From Octopus bimaculoides (lineage: Eukaryota), in the NCBI RefSeq assembly GCF_001194135.2, contig NC_069005.1, positions 34,000,283 through 34,051,595 of the forward strand: a DNA stretch of 51,313 nucleotides. Reading direction: 5' to 3'. Shown here piece by piece: positions 11,453 to 24,116 of this stretch (position 1 is its first letter; each line of letters starts with the position of its first letter). The notes beneath the pieces were generated by a model that was not told the DNA's origin, ran no database searches, and was given only the letters and a program-made list of their open reading frames with translations. The translations under genes were made by a program, and so were the position numbers.

Positions 11453-12624
11453 CTACAGCATTCTGATATAGCCGCAGAACACAACAGTATGTATATGTGT
11501 GTGTATGTGTGTGTNNNNNNNNNNNNNNNNNNNNNNNNNNNNNNNNNNNNNNNNNNNNNNNNNNNNNNNNNNNNNNNNNNNNNNNNNNNNNNNNNNNNNN
11601 NNNNNNNNNNNNNNNNNNNNNNNNNNNNNNNNNNNNNNNNNNNNNNNNNNNNNNNNNNNNNNNNNNNNNNNNNNNNNNNNNNNNNNNNNNNNNNNNNNNN
11701 NNNNNNNNNNNNNNNNNNNNNNNNNNNNNNNNNNNNNNNNNNNNNNNNNNNNNNNNNNNNNNNNNNNNNNNNNNNNNNNNNNNNNNNNNNNNNNNNNNNN
11801 NNNNNNNNNNNNNNNNNNNNNNNNNNNNNNNNNNNNNNNNNNNNNNNNNNNNNNNNNNNNNNNNNNNNNNNNNNNNNNNNNNNNNNNNNNNNNNNNNNNN
11901 NNNNNNNNNNNNNNNNNNNNNNNNNNNNNNNNNNNNNNNNNNNNNNNNNNNNNNNNNNNNNNNNNNNNNNNNNNNNNNNNNNNNNNNNNNNNNNNNNNNN
12001 NNNNNNNNNNNNNNNNNNNNNNNNNNNNNNNNNNNNNNNNNNNNNNNNNNNNNNNNNNNNNNNNNNNNNNNNNNNNNNNNNNNNNNNNNNNNNNNNNNNN
12101 NNNNNNNNNNNNNNNNNNNNNNNNNNNNNNNNNNNNNNNNNNNNNNNNNNNNNNNNNNNNNNNNNNNNNNNNNNNNNNNNNNNNNNNNNNNNNNNNNNNN
12201 NNNNNNNNNNNNNNNNNNNNNNNNNNNNNNNNNNNNNNNNNNNNNNNNNNNNNNNNNNNNNNNNNNNNNNNNNNNNNNNNNNNNNNNNNNNNNNNNNNNN
12301 NNNNNNNNNNNNNNNNNNNNNNNNNNNNNNNNNNNNNNNNNNNNNNNNNNNNNNNNNNNNNNNNNNNNNNNNNNNNNNNNNNNNNNNNNNNNNNNNNNNN
12401 NNNNNNNNNNNNNNNNNNNNNNNNNNNNNNNNNNNNNNNNNNNNNNNNNNNNNNNNNNNNNNNNNNNNNTATATATATATATATACAGATACATATATAT
12501 ATATATATATATATATACATACACACATACATACGTACATACATACATATCGAACTGGTGCGGCATGCGTCCAGACGCACAGAATCTTCCACGGCACATT
12601 GTACAGGAAATAAATAATTTTAAT

Positions 12625-12715
12625 GACACTGCCATTTGCTTATTCAAGGTCGATGAAATAAATACTAGCCGTGCACGGAAGTCGATGTAATCGATAATTC
12701 CTTCTCTCAACTCTC
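12625..12715 (+). mobile_element. Degenerate SINE family B central/3' fragment
   Basis: caaggtcgatgaaataaatactag...gaagtcgatgtaatcgata matches the family B motif ggtcgataaaataagtaccag...gtcgatgtaatcgac. Confidence 0.6.
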
Positions 12716-13097
12716 AGGCTTTGAGCCCATAGCAAAAGAACGATTACTATCATTGGTGTTGCAGTTGTTATTGCGAACGTGGTCGTTGACGAAACTATTG
12801 TTGCTAATCTTTCTATCCTTGTTGTCGATGTTATTTTAATTCATTTTTAAAATGTTCTTCGTGTCGTTGTTGATGTTTCTCTACTCGTTGTCGTCGTCAC
12901 TTTGCTTGCTTTCTCGTCCGTCCTTCTTATTACCGTCGCTGTAATTGTTGTTGATGTTGACGTTGTTGTTGTTGTGGTTATGTTTTTCTCTATCATGCTG
13001 CTGCCGCTGTTGATATTATTGTTAATGTAGTTAAAGATGTTTTTTGTTTTCTTTTCCATCGGTCTTGATGTTGTTATTGCTGTTGTTGCGCTGTAGA

Positions 13098-13172
13098 GAA
13101 GAAGAAGAAGAAGAAGAAGAAGAAGAAGAAGAAGAAGAAGAAGAAGAAGAACAACAACAACAACAACAACAA
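13098..13172. repeat. (GAA)n followed by (CAA)n microsatellite
   Basis: Perfect runs; source of the poly-E/poly-Q ORF. Confidence 0.96.
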
Positions 13173-13390
13173 CAGACAAAACAGATTTCTTTATTTAGCA
13201 GTAAAGAATCGTCCGTACAGTTCCAGCATCCGAAATAGAATGTTTTTACGTCAAATCGACAAATTTAATACCAGCGGGGGATAGAGACAACAACAACAAC
13301 AAATACAAGAAGGATGAAAACATCATAAGATATCGAGAACGGCATCAACAAAAACAACAACAAAAATATCAGCATGAATCTATCAACAAT

Positions 13391-13449
<59 letters not shown>

Positions 13450-13852
13450 NNNNNNNNNNNNNNNNNNNNNNNNNNNNNNNNNNNNNNNNNNNNNNNNNNN
13501 NNNNNNNNNNNNNNNNNNNNNNNNNNNNNNNNNNNNNNNNNNNNNNNNNNNNNNNNNNNNNNNNNNNNNNNNNNNNNNNNNNNNNNNNNNNNNNNNNNNN
13601 NNNNNNNNNNNNNNNNNNNNNNNNNNNNNNNNNNNNNNNNNNNNNNNNNNNNNNNNNNNNNNNNNNNNNNNNNNNNNNNNNNNNNNNNNNNNNNNNNNNN
13701 NNNNNNNNNNNNNNNNNNNNNNNNNNNNNNNNNNNNNNNNNNNNNNNNNNNNNNNNNNNNNNNNNNNNNNNNNNNNNNNNNNNNNNNNNNNNNNNNNNNN
13801 NNNNNNNNNNNNNNNNNNNNNNNNNNNNNNNNNNNNNNNNNNNNNNNNNNNN

Positions 13853-13891
<39 letters not shown>

Positions 13892-14319
13892 TATATAGAT
13901 ATATGCACACGTATTTTTGTCTGTATACACTTACGTTTATTGATGTTGTATTAAGGGTGGGGGAGCACCTATCAATATATTTTGTCTATATCAATACTTA
14001 TGCAACTCTTCCAATTACCTCCTCCTTTTCCATCGATAGACACACACACACACACACGCGTGCACATGCGCACACAGTCATATATATATTGAACGCAATG
14101 ATAAATATATGAACACACACACACATATATAGATATATGTATACTTCAAGAAGAAACGAATGTAAAGATAATTGAATATATATGTGTATGTGTGAGTGTG
14201 TGTGTTTTGTGTGTGTGTGTGTGTGTATGTATGTGTTTGCGTGTATATACACACACATACACAGACAGATATGCATAGTTATATAGGCATATATCTTTTT
14301 ATCTTCGATTATCTCTCAC

Positions 14320-14520
14320 TTGTTTCAGTCACTTGACAGTGGCCGTGATGAAGCACCACCGTGAATTGCTTCAGTCGAACAACTCGGCGACATTACTCTT
14401 GTTTAAGATTGTAACTTCTTTTATCGGTCGCTTTCGCCGTACTTCTGGGTAACGGAACCGTTAACAAAGCAGTAACAAACGGGGGAGAAACACGAACACA
14501 AGGACACATACATGCATGCC
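14320..14520 (-). mobile_element. Degenerate SINE family A 3' half
   Basis: cttgtttcagtcacttgacagtggccgtgatgaagcaccacc...tagtcgaac-like segment...ttttatcggtcgctttcgccg is colinear with the better copy at 39788-39995. Confidence 0.6.
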
Positions 14521-14840
14521 TACGCATGTCGTCGTGCTCGTCGTACAACGACCGCTTTCTATGCCTTTATGTGATGGACACCTTTAAAGGCAGGAACTCC
14601 TCTGCACTCCTTCGTATATATGCATGTATATATGTATGAATGTATATATCTAATGATATAAATAAGATGTAGGTATGTACATACATGTATGGATACATGC
14701 ATATATTTATATTTATATTATTATATGATCGAACGCCACGCATCCTTTTCCAAGTAAGTTTTATCTTAATGTATATATCTATATCTATATCAATATATAT
14801 CAATATATATAAATATATATATATATCTATACATACATAC

Positions 14841-14886
<46 letters not shown>

Positions 14887-16021
14887 CTATGCATATATGT
14901 ATATATGTATATGTGTTGTATGTATGTATGCATGTATATGCACTTATATATATATACATGTGTATATTACATCCATATATATATATGCGTGTGTATGTGT
15001 GTCTATAAATATAATTAAGGTTTCACATACATTTAATTACGAGAAATTAAACCACTCGTGAGCTATAGCGGCCATAATCATCGCGTTTGAAACGCAAAGA
15101 TCTTAAATTCTAACCTAGCATTCATCTGCTTGCGCCAGCGATAATTAATATCACCGAAGCTAAAGAGGCTAACGAGAGAATGAAACTAACAAAAGAATAC
15201 GAGTAGGAGGGAAATCTAGAGATATGTGCCTATGGAATAGTTCACATTATATGTACATAATTGTCTTTTCGATAGATCTCGGAAGATACAGTATAGACCT
15301 CGTGTGTTAGCGCGAAGGAAAATAAAGTAAGTCTTTTGTCACATTGCAGACAAGAGCAAAGGGCATTATCAAAAGTAACATTTATAATTTCATCCCCTTA
15401 AGTAGAATTGCTGTTCATTCAGGTTCCGAAATAATTTGTTTATAGAATGTTTTCTTATTTGTTCTCGACTTTATAAAGGCAGCATCTCGTTGTTTGACAA
15501 CCCTGAAAATGTTAAATGAATGAAGGGTCCTTCAATCCTTATTGTCTTCCTTCTTTGTGCATTCTGAATTTCTGAATTTCGGTCCAAACTGATGAAGTTT
15601 CTTCTTACAGTCAGGACCGGTTATGCAATATATATAATATATAAATACCTTACAGAAAAAGGTATTTTCTGTTATTTCAGATTCCGTAAAAATTAGACAG
15701 TATCGTACACACATATACATGTCTACCTATATACACACATTGACACACGAATCTACGATTGACTACACACTGACAACTATTCACACAATACATATACACA
15801 AATACTTACATATCTACCCGTCTATTTAAATACACACATACATAAAGAGACAAAGACAGATATATACACACACGCACATCTACACACATATAACACCAGA
15901 ATTATATAACGTCACATTAATATTCCAGCAATATTTCTCATATTTCAAAGTTTTGTTCTGACCAAAAAAATTCTTTTTTTTTTTATATGTATTTACGATT
16001 ATTTTTACTCTTTTAATAACG

Positions 16022-16024
16022 GTG

Positions 16025-16058
<34 letters not shown>

Positions 16059-16124
16059 AAAACAGCGACAGCAGCAGCAGCAGCACTCACGGTCGCAGCA
16101 AAAATTATTATTATTACTATTATT

Positions 16125-16155
<31 letters not shown>

Positions 16156-16192
16156 TTATTATTATTATTATTAGTAGTAGTAGTAGTAGTAG
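16022..16192. repeat. Compound (CAA)n/(CAG)n/(TTA)n/(TAG)n array
   Basis: Adjacent triplet runs. Confidence 0.93.
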
Positions 16193-18362
16193 CTTTCGTT
16201 AGACGTTATTTGTTATAGTTGGGATAGTAAATTTGAGGGGTTGGTAGTGGTTATGCTGTTGTTGTTGTGGTGGTCGTGGTGTTGTAGTGGTAGTAGTGGT
16301 ATGTTTGTAATATTGTTGTTGCTTTTATTGCTGTAGTAGTAGCGGTGGTGGTGGTAGCGTTGAAGAAGGTATTGCCATTTGTTATTTTGTGTCCTGTGAA
16401 TGTGTACAATTGTGTGTATGCATATGTATATATATGTGTGTTTGTATGTGTGTGTGTCTGTGTGTGACAGCCGTGTGAATGTGGCAGTATTTATATGTGT
16501 ATGTATGTGTATAGGTGTTTTGAATGTTTCAGTGGGTGTGTGTTTGTTTCTGTGTATGTTGCTGTAATTGTCTGTATGTCTGTGTGTCACATATTTGCGA
16601 TTCTTTATGTATCTGTCTTCATGGTTGTGCATCTCCTTATGTGTGTGTTTGTGTGTATATGGCTGTATGCGTGTAAATGTATGTATGTATGTATGTATAG
16701 GTGTGTGCGCATTTGGTTGTGTCTGTGTGTCTGTGTGTGTGTCTTTTCATTTTTTTTCTCTCATTTTCAGATCTTTAAATTCTCATTATTCAAGCCAGAT
16801 CAACATAGAATTAACGACTACGACGATAACAGCGCCCCCACCCCNNNNNNNNNNNNNNNNNNNNNNNNNNNNNNNNNNNNNNNNNNNNNNNNNNNNNNNN
16901 NNNNNNNNNNNNNNNNNNNNNNNNNNNNNNNNNNNNNNNNNNNNNNNNNNNNNNNNNNNNNNNNNNNNNNNNNNNNNNNNNNNNNNNNNNNNNNNNNNNN
17001 NNNNNNNNNNNNNNNNNNNNNNNNNNNNNNNNNNNNNNNNNNNNNNNNNNNNNNNNNNNNNCCACCAACACCAACGCCACAACGACCAGCATAACCATCA
17101 CCACCATTCCGTCGACCATAACCATTACAGCCTCAGTCAAGAGTAAAGTAGAAAACAACAACAATATTATCACTGCCACCACCATCACCACCACCACCAC
17201 CACCGCCAACAACAACAACAACACCGAGCCATCTTTGTGTCTTCAGCAATGAATGACAATTAGTTATTGTTTAGTATAAAAGTTTATTCAAAAGCTGACC
17301 GGTTGGTCTGTCCGTACACACCCATATTAACACACACCCATACATACAAAAACATACACATACGCACACACACACACATGAACACACAGGAACACACACA
17401 CACTATAAGTATATGTTTATACTTATACATGCATATACCTCTACAGATGTATACTATATACACATACACAAATATGGTGTGTAAATATGTGTATTCATCT
17501 ACATATTGTTGTATGCATGCGTTTGTACGCTCACGCATACAATCTTGCATACACATGTCAGTCGGTCTATAAGTATATACGACTGTATGACAGAAATGTA
17601 TATATCAACACATACACACACAACACATATGCATACATATATTTGTATATATATATAGAGAGAGGTGTCTATGCAATATACACAGACATACATTTATATG
17701 TACGTATATATATGAATATACACATACACATCAATGTGTTATCCAATGTGTTATCCAATGTGTGTGTATGTGTGTGTACGTATATGATTAACAACGCAAA
17801 TCTCTTCCAATTTTATCTTTTTATAAAGATATCTCCTAACAATTCTTTTATTACTCCAGATAACTTGTTGTTTTGAACAATATGTTATTTTACAGCGCCA
17901 TCTACCTCGCTGTTACCTCCCCTTAGCTTATCTTCTTTCTCATCAGGTTTTCCTGTTAACATGTGTCCCATGTCTTCTCATTTAGTTCCATAGTTTCCAT
18001 GGTTAGCATTTTAGTATCATGACATGTACTGTATGCGTTAAGCGTCTCATACACATACACACACATCCATACATGCATACACACACACATATATATGTAT
18101 ATACGTCTACTTAAGTATATATATTTAAATACTCACACACCCACCCACACGTATGTATGTATGTATGTATGTGTGATAACGTATATGTATGCATATCTAT
18201 GCGTATCTATATATGCTCCTCAATGTTTATGTGCATGTATATATACATGTGTGTCTACGTTCATGTGTATATATACATATATATACACACATGTATATAT
18301 ATATATAGATGTATGTATGTATGTATGTATGTATGTATGTATGTATGTATGTATCTATCTGC

Positions 18363-18394
<32 letters not shown>

Positions 18395-18787
18395 TAATAT
18401 ATACATGTGTGTTTGTGGGGGAGGTGCTTAGTGCTATATTTCTGTATATGTACGGATATTTCTTTGTTGTAATGTATGGTCAGTCGGAACGTAAAAATAA
18501 TACTTATGTATATATATAAAAGAAGAAACGGCCTCCTTTTATATCCAACGTAATTCCATCTCTGCTGTCGATATTACTCACATCTCCTGGTTGTGAACGA
18601 CATTAGTCAACTGGTGTTTAATCATTGACGGAAGTGCTATGATTTCGACATTCCAATGCATAATATATGTGTGTGTGTGTGTTTGTATGCACTACACTTT
18701 GATCTGAGCCAAAAGACATGCACGCACACATACATACATTCACATACATACATACACTCATGTATATATATATATATATATATGAAA

Positions 18788-18940
18788 GTGCAGGCGTGGC
18801 ACTGTCGTAAGAAGATTGCTTTTACAACCACTTGATTCCGGGTTCAGTCCCACTACGTGGTACCTTGGACAAGTCCCTTCTACTCTAGCCCCGTGTCAAC
18901 GAAAGCCTTTTGAGTGACGGAAACTGAGAGAAGGTCGTCA
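18788..18940 (+). mobile_element. SINE family A, 5' half
   Basis: gcaggcgtggcactgtcgtaagaag...ccgggttcagtcccactacgtggtaccttggacaagtc...ggaaactgagagaaggtcgtca, then (TA)n. Confidence 0.83.
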
Positions 18941-19251
18941 TATATATATATATATATACATGTACAATTAAGATTCAGTACAATTAGATACTTAGATTGA
19001 GGCACCTTGTTAGGTCAGAATAACATGCACACGCAACAATATTAAGTGAATATCAAAATTGGTGCATATGTGCCGGCCGCAAGGAAACGACCTTAATGGA
19101 TTCACACCTGTAGCTATTTGTTATGAGGGTTTAGTTCATTTGTGATCTAAACGAATAGGTACGCGGGGTAAGTACCTCCAGTTCCTAGAATATAGCTAAT
19201 GCTCGATCTAGGGATCCGTGTTAAGGTTCCGTTATAGCACGTATATATTGC

Positions 19252-19414
19252 ATTAGAGGAAGAATCTAAACCAAGGCAAAATGAGTGTGTCAAGTCATTT
19301 AGAAGAATTTAATTAAGGTAATTTAATTAGACTTCAAATTCACCTTACTCTAATTAAATTATTCTAAATGACTTGAGATACTCGTTCTACATTGGTTTTG
19401 ATTTATCGTCTAAT
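19252..19414. mobile_element. AT-rich palindromic element (MITE-like), arms about 60 bp
   Basis: Left arm attagaggaagaatctaaaccaaggcaaaatgagtgtgtcaagtcatttagaagaatttaatta. The reverse complement of the right arm is attagacgataaatcaaaaccaatgtagaacgagtatctcaagtcatttagaataatttaatta. The spacer is about 35 bp. Confidence 0.65.
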
Positions 19415-19429
19415 ATAATACAATATAAT

Positions 19430-19471
<42 letters not shown>

Positions 19472-19697
19472 TACATATAACATTTAAGTATTTGTTATGT
19501 ACCTAGAAGTTAGCCGATTGAAGCACGTTCAATGCTTATTGCTACCTGATATCATCAACTGTATTTATACTTTTACACTAATTGCCGCTGGATCTTCCCC
19601 GGGAATTCCTCACCATTCCTTTTGTATATAACAAATGGTAAAGACGTAAAATCGAATATACGAGAAACTTTATTGCTCCCAATCCATCCCTCGTGGG

Positions 19698-19893
19698 TGG
19701 GAAGCTGTGCATGTGGTTGTGGTGCATCTCGTCAGGTGATATTATAAGGGGTATCTGGTTAAATGAACCCTGTCTTGTTCGGTTTTAATACTGCATCTTA
19801 TTTGTTACGGTAGGTTTAAGATACTAGGCGTGAATTCTTAACGAGTTGCTTCTACACAGAAAAATGCACCACAACCAATAATGCAGCATCCCA
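19698..19893. mobile_element. 196-bp element bounded by colinear 30-bp inverted repeats (MITE-like)
   Basis: tggttgtggtgcat (19714-19727) is the exact reverse complement of 19864-19877. Outer blocks 19698-19707 and 19884-19893 match 9/10 at equal spacing. No clear TSD. Confidence 0.5.
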
Positions 19894-19903
19894 TCGGTTA
19901 GAG

Positions 19904-20048
19904 ATCGATGCAGGATGGGTCAAATCGATGCAGGATGGGTCAAATCGATGCAGGATGGGTCGAATCGATGCAGGATGGGTCGAATCGATGCAGGATGGGT
20001 CAAATCGATGCAGGATGGGTCAAATCGATGCAGGATGGGTCGAATCGA
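19904..20048. repeat. 20-bp minisatellite (ATCGATGCAGGATGGGTCRA)n, 7+ units, running into a gap
   Basis: Seven contiguous units differing only at one A/G position, with no spacers. Confidence 0.97.
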
Positions 20049-20335
20049 NNNNNNNNNNNNNNNNNNNNNNNNNNNNNNNNNNNNNNNNNNNNNNNNNNNN
20101 NNNNNNNNNNNNNNNNNNNNNNNNNNNNNNNNNNNNNNNNNNNNNNNNNNNNNNNNNNNNNNNNNNNNNNNNNNNNNNNNNNNNNNNNNNNNNNNNNNNN
20201 NNNNNNNNNNNNNNNNNNNNNNNNNNNNNNNNNNNNNNNNNNNNNNNNNNNNNNNNNNNNNNNNNNNNNNNNNNNNNNNNNNNNNNNNNNNNNNNNNNNN
20301 NNNNNNNNNNNNNNNNNNNNNNNNNNNNNNNNNNN

Positions 20336-20370
<35 letters not shown>

Positions 20371-20627
20371 CATACATACATACATACATAGACACATGCA
20401 TACGTATACATACATAGATAAATACATACATGTATACAGCTATAAACATGAGAATACACACATAAAACAAAACATACAAATTTGCGCATGCACTAATTCC
20501 AAATACTTCACATATACATACACATGCAGAAATGATGTTGAAATTCCAGCAAAAGAGTATTTGAACTAGGTTAGAAACCGGCTCTTCCCTTAATGGCAAG
20601 AAGTCTTGATATAAAACTGAATAAAGC

Positions 20628-20670
<43 letters not shown>

Positions 20671-21102
20671 TTATTACTAGTTTCGCTCTGATTATAAAGC
20701 CTACTGCATTCTGTTTGATAAGGCATTCGATAACATTTTCATCTGTTTTATAGCCAGGGTACACTGCGTCCAATAATATATTTTATGTAGACTTGTGTTT
20801 TCTGTTGAGTGTTTTTGTTTTGCTTTTAAATGATTTTTTTCTTTACTGGGTGTGGTGTATGTTGTATACACCATTTCGTTGCCTAGAATGGTCAATGAAA
20901 TTACTTGTGTACTCTTTATTGACTTCCGTTCGCTTGGTTTTATAAATGCCTTTTTGAAGTTTTTCTTTGTAGAAGAGAATCTAAAGCATCTTCTAAACAT
21001 GGATTTTACTGCTTATGTTTTATATCTTTGTGAAGAACGAGCAGTGATTATTGTGGCTCATTATATTGCGCAACAGAAAGCGAGGCAAAACTAGACAAAA
21101 AA

Positions 21103-21360
21103 CAAACTAGTTGATAATATAAACACTATCTTATATAGATTTATATTACATAACGTCAACAACAAAACTAAGCAGAGAAACACATTAGTTGATAGTGCAT
21201 AACTGTCTTATATAGAATTATATAAGACAAAGAAAGAAAATAAGATGAGAAACGCATCGGTTGATAACGCAATTATCTTATATAGGATTATATTACATAA
21301 CATAAGCGAGAAAACAACAGAGTAACACATTAGATGATAATACAATTATACTATATAGGG
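21103..21360. repeat. Degenerate tandem array, 4 units of about 70-78 bp
   Basis: TTGATA-like blocks at 21111, 21189, 21261 and 21334. TCTTATATAG-like blocks at 21129, 21206, 21276 and 21349. Confidence 0.8.
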
Positions 21361-21525
21361 TTTTTCAGGAAACCAGCAGACCGATCCTGGAAGCTGAGAT
21401 AATAATACACTGTGACGTTAGAATATATAACAACATCCTTCAGATAGTGTTTGACTTCGAAAATACATCTAGTTATCAAGCGTGGGTTGTTTCATGGCCG
21501 TCGAAACAAAGCTGATGGTATATTT

Positions 21526-21570
<45 letters not shown>

Positions 21571-21722
21571 GAATAGTTTTGGTGAAGCATTCTGTGACGT
21601 TACATTAAAGAGACTTGTTGGATAAGGCCAGAACAATGCAAAAAGATATGAAGCGAACTAAACAAGAAAAAAAAACAAACAAACAAACAACAAATTTGTA
21701 ATTTTACTTTATATTCCTTTAT

Positions 21723-21830
21723 AAAGAGCAAAGCCGACCTCGGCATCATTTGAACTCTGACCATAATTATTCAAAAATGCCGCCTAGCATTTTAACCGAC
21801 TCTCCAACAAGTCTGCCACCTCGCCGACTT
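21723..21830 (-). mobile_element. SINE family B head fragment
   Basis: gcaaagccgacctcggcatcatttgaactctga...gcattttaaccgactctccaacaagtctgccacctcgcc is the reverse complement of the family B head. Confidence 0.72.
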
Positions 21831-22731
21831 AGACTACGGAAATACTAACATCAACAACAAATACTGTTCTTTATGTTATGTTCTGTAATCTCGCAGTCTC
21901 TTCATCCAGCGACTTTACCACAGCGCCAGTGTGTCACCGCGCCAGCATTATACGTTAATTATGAAAGCCAGCAGAAACAGTGATTCTTCTGTTTGTGTAT
22001 TCCGAAGCTGGCCAGCGCACTAAGTACATCTAATGCCAAATAGCGTTACTATGATGTCGAAAAGTCAATTATACCATCGCACTGAGAATAGAAAGATAGC
22101 TGCTAGCAACAGGCTGGTTGTAGAGTGGCATGCTGTACTGACTGGCTGGTTGGTAGGATGGATGGAGAGATGGATGGGTGGATGGGAGATGGATGGATGT
22201 GATTGTGGCGGCGGGGGGAATAGCAGGATGTTTGGCTAGAGGAAAAAAGGGTGGGGAGAGAAGGACGGACGGACGGATGGAGGAGTGGATAGATGGCTGT
22301 GTACGGACGGAGGGATTGACGGGTGGGTGGTTACAGCATATAGTGAAAAAAGGGTGAGCAGATGAGTGTATGGACGCATATATAACTGGACGTATGGACG
22401 TATGAGTGTGATTAGGTGGTTAGACAAGATGGGTGAACAGTTGAAGAATGCTGTAAGATGGCTGGAGGGAAGGAGGGAATGACACGAGAGGGGGCGAGGG
22501 ATGAGGGAGGTGGATTAAAGGCAAGTGGATTTTCTATTGGATGGAAGGATACAGAAATCTGGCTGCATTACAAAGCCAGGTTCAGTATTTGATTCGTGTT
22601 TGTTGGTTTTATATTCATTGTTGTTGTTACATTTATTGATATTATAATAGTTGTTGTAGTTTTAAAGTTGTTCTCGATGTTGGAGAAAGCGCTGTTGTTG
22701 AAGTCTTTGGAGTCGTTATTGTTCTTGTAGT

Positions 22732-22733
22732 CG

Positions 22734-22777
<44 letters not shown>

Positions 22778-22778
22778 G
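22732..22778. repeat. (TTG)n microsatellite with a decayed flank
   Basis: Perfect run plus degenerate GTT triplets upstream. Confidence 0.95.
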
Positions 22779-23033
22779 ATGCAGTATTCTCTAATGCGGG
22801 AATTACCTACCACTGCTATTTCCTTGATTAAAAAAATCGTTTGCACTTTGACGTTTCGTTTGAATAGTATTATGCACCAGTGAATTATTAATCGCCGGAG
22901 GGCAATGGGAAAAAAAAAGAAACAAAAAAAAAAGAAAAAGAAACAAAGCAAAACAAACAGACAGAAAAAAACAGAGATAAAGAAAATAACAATAGAGGGA
23001 CAAAAATGATTTTAAAATACATAGAATAACAGC

Positions 23034-23082
<49 letters not shown>

Positions 23083-23364
23083 GAATGAAAAATGGCGAAA
23101 CAATATAGACAAAATGATAGGAAAGAAAAACCAACAAGTAAATATTAAGAATGCAAAATGAATGTGAAAGAGTGTAGCGGCAAAAATATGCAAATGCATG
23201 TAAAGTTTATAGTAGTAAAGCGCGGGAAGAAGCAAGCAAACAGACGCCATATTTTATCCGCTTCTACAATGGCCGCAATAATGGCATTATAAACAGAGAA
23301 ATAATTAACATGGAAGGAATGGAAGGGTGCAAACATACATCGACCGTGTCAGTGCGTATGGGTA

Positions 23365-23412
<48 letters not shown>

Positions 23413-23539
23413 TATTTAATAGTGTGTATGTATATGTGTGTGCGTGTGTGCGCGTGCCCGAGCGTGCGTGTGTCCACAGGTGTGTGTGGGTGTGTATCCA
23501 TATACTTGTGTATAAATGTATATGTATATGTGTTTATGT

Positions 23540-23540
23540 A

Positions 23541-23596
<56 letters not shown>

Positions 23597-23605
23597 AATC
23601 TATCT
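23540..23605. repeat. (TATC)n tetranucleotide (GATA-type) repeat
   Basis: Near-perfect run. Confidence 0.95.
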
Positions 23606-23606
23606 A

Positions 23607-23639
<33 letters not shown>

Positions 23640-24061
23640 GTATGCGTATACGTGAATATGTAGATATAGATGAACATATGCATATTGTATATGTATGTAT
23701 ATACTTGTATATATGTGTGTGTGTGTTTGTTTACGTTTGTGTGTTTGTGGACCTGCATTTCTGTATATGTATATGAGTATGTATAGGTGAACATATGTAT
23801 GTATGTCTATATATATATATATATATATATATGATTATTGGTAGATATTGTGTATGTATGTTTGTATGCATGTGTATACACATATATGCAGATGAGAGTG
23901 ATATATATTCATATACTTTCAACATTGTGTATACGAAGTGGAGAGCATATATATATACATTAAAAATGAATATTTCCAATAAAATATATATTTAAAAATT
24001 TACTCATGTATATAAGATAATATACCAATCTATTTGTTGTTGTACATGAATTTATGCAATG

Positions 24062-24116
<55 letters not shown>

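Noticed and set aside
19904-20048. 20-bp repeat as a CRISPR array or a coding repeat (MQDGSNRCRMGQIDAGWVKS)
   Set aside because: Units are contiguous with no spacers, there are no cas genes and the context is eukaryotic. All three plus frames give the same cyclic peptide, as for any stop-free 20-mer.
20701-21000. 99-aa minus ORF with a transit-peptide-like start (MFRRCFRFSSTKK)
   Set aside because: A-rich composition, no splice or promoter support and no recognisable domain.
21103-21360. Repeat-spacer array as CRISPR
   Set aside because: The cores are highly divergent and non-palindromic, the linkers are low-complexity and there are no cas genes.
22568-22951. Poly-Q/poly-N frames (QQQRLQEQ*RLQRLQQQ)
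   Set aside because: Decayed (CAA)n microsatellite with an in-frame stop.
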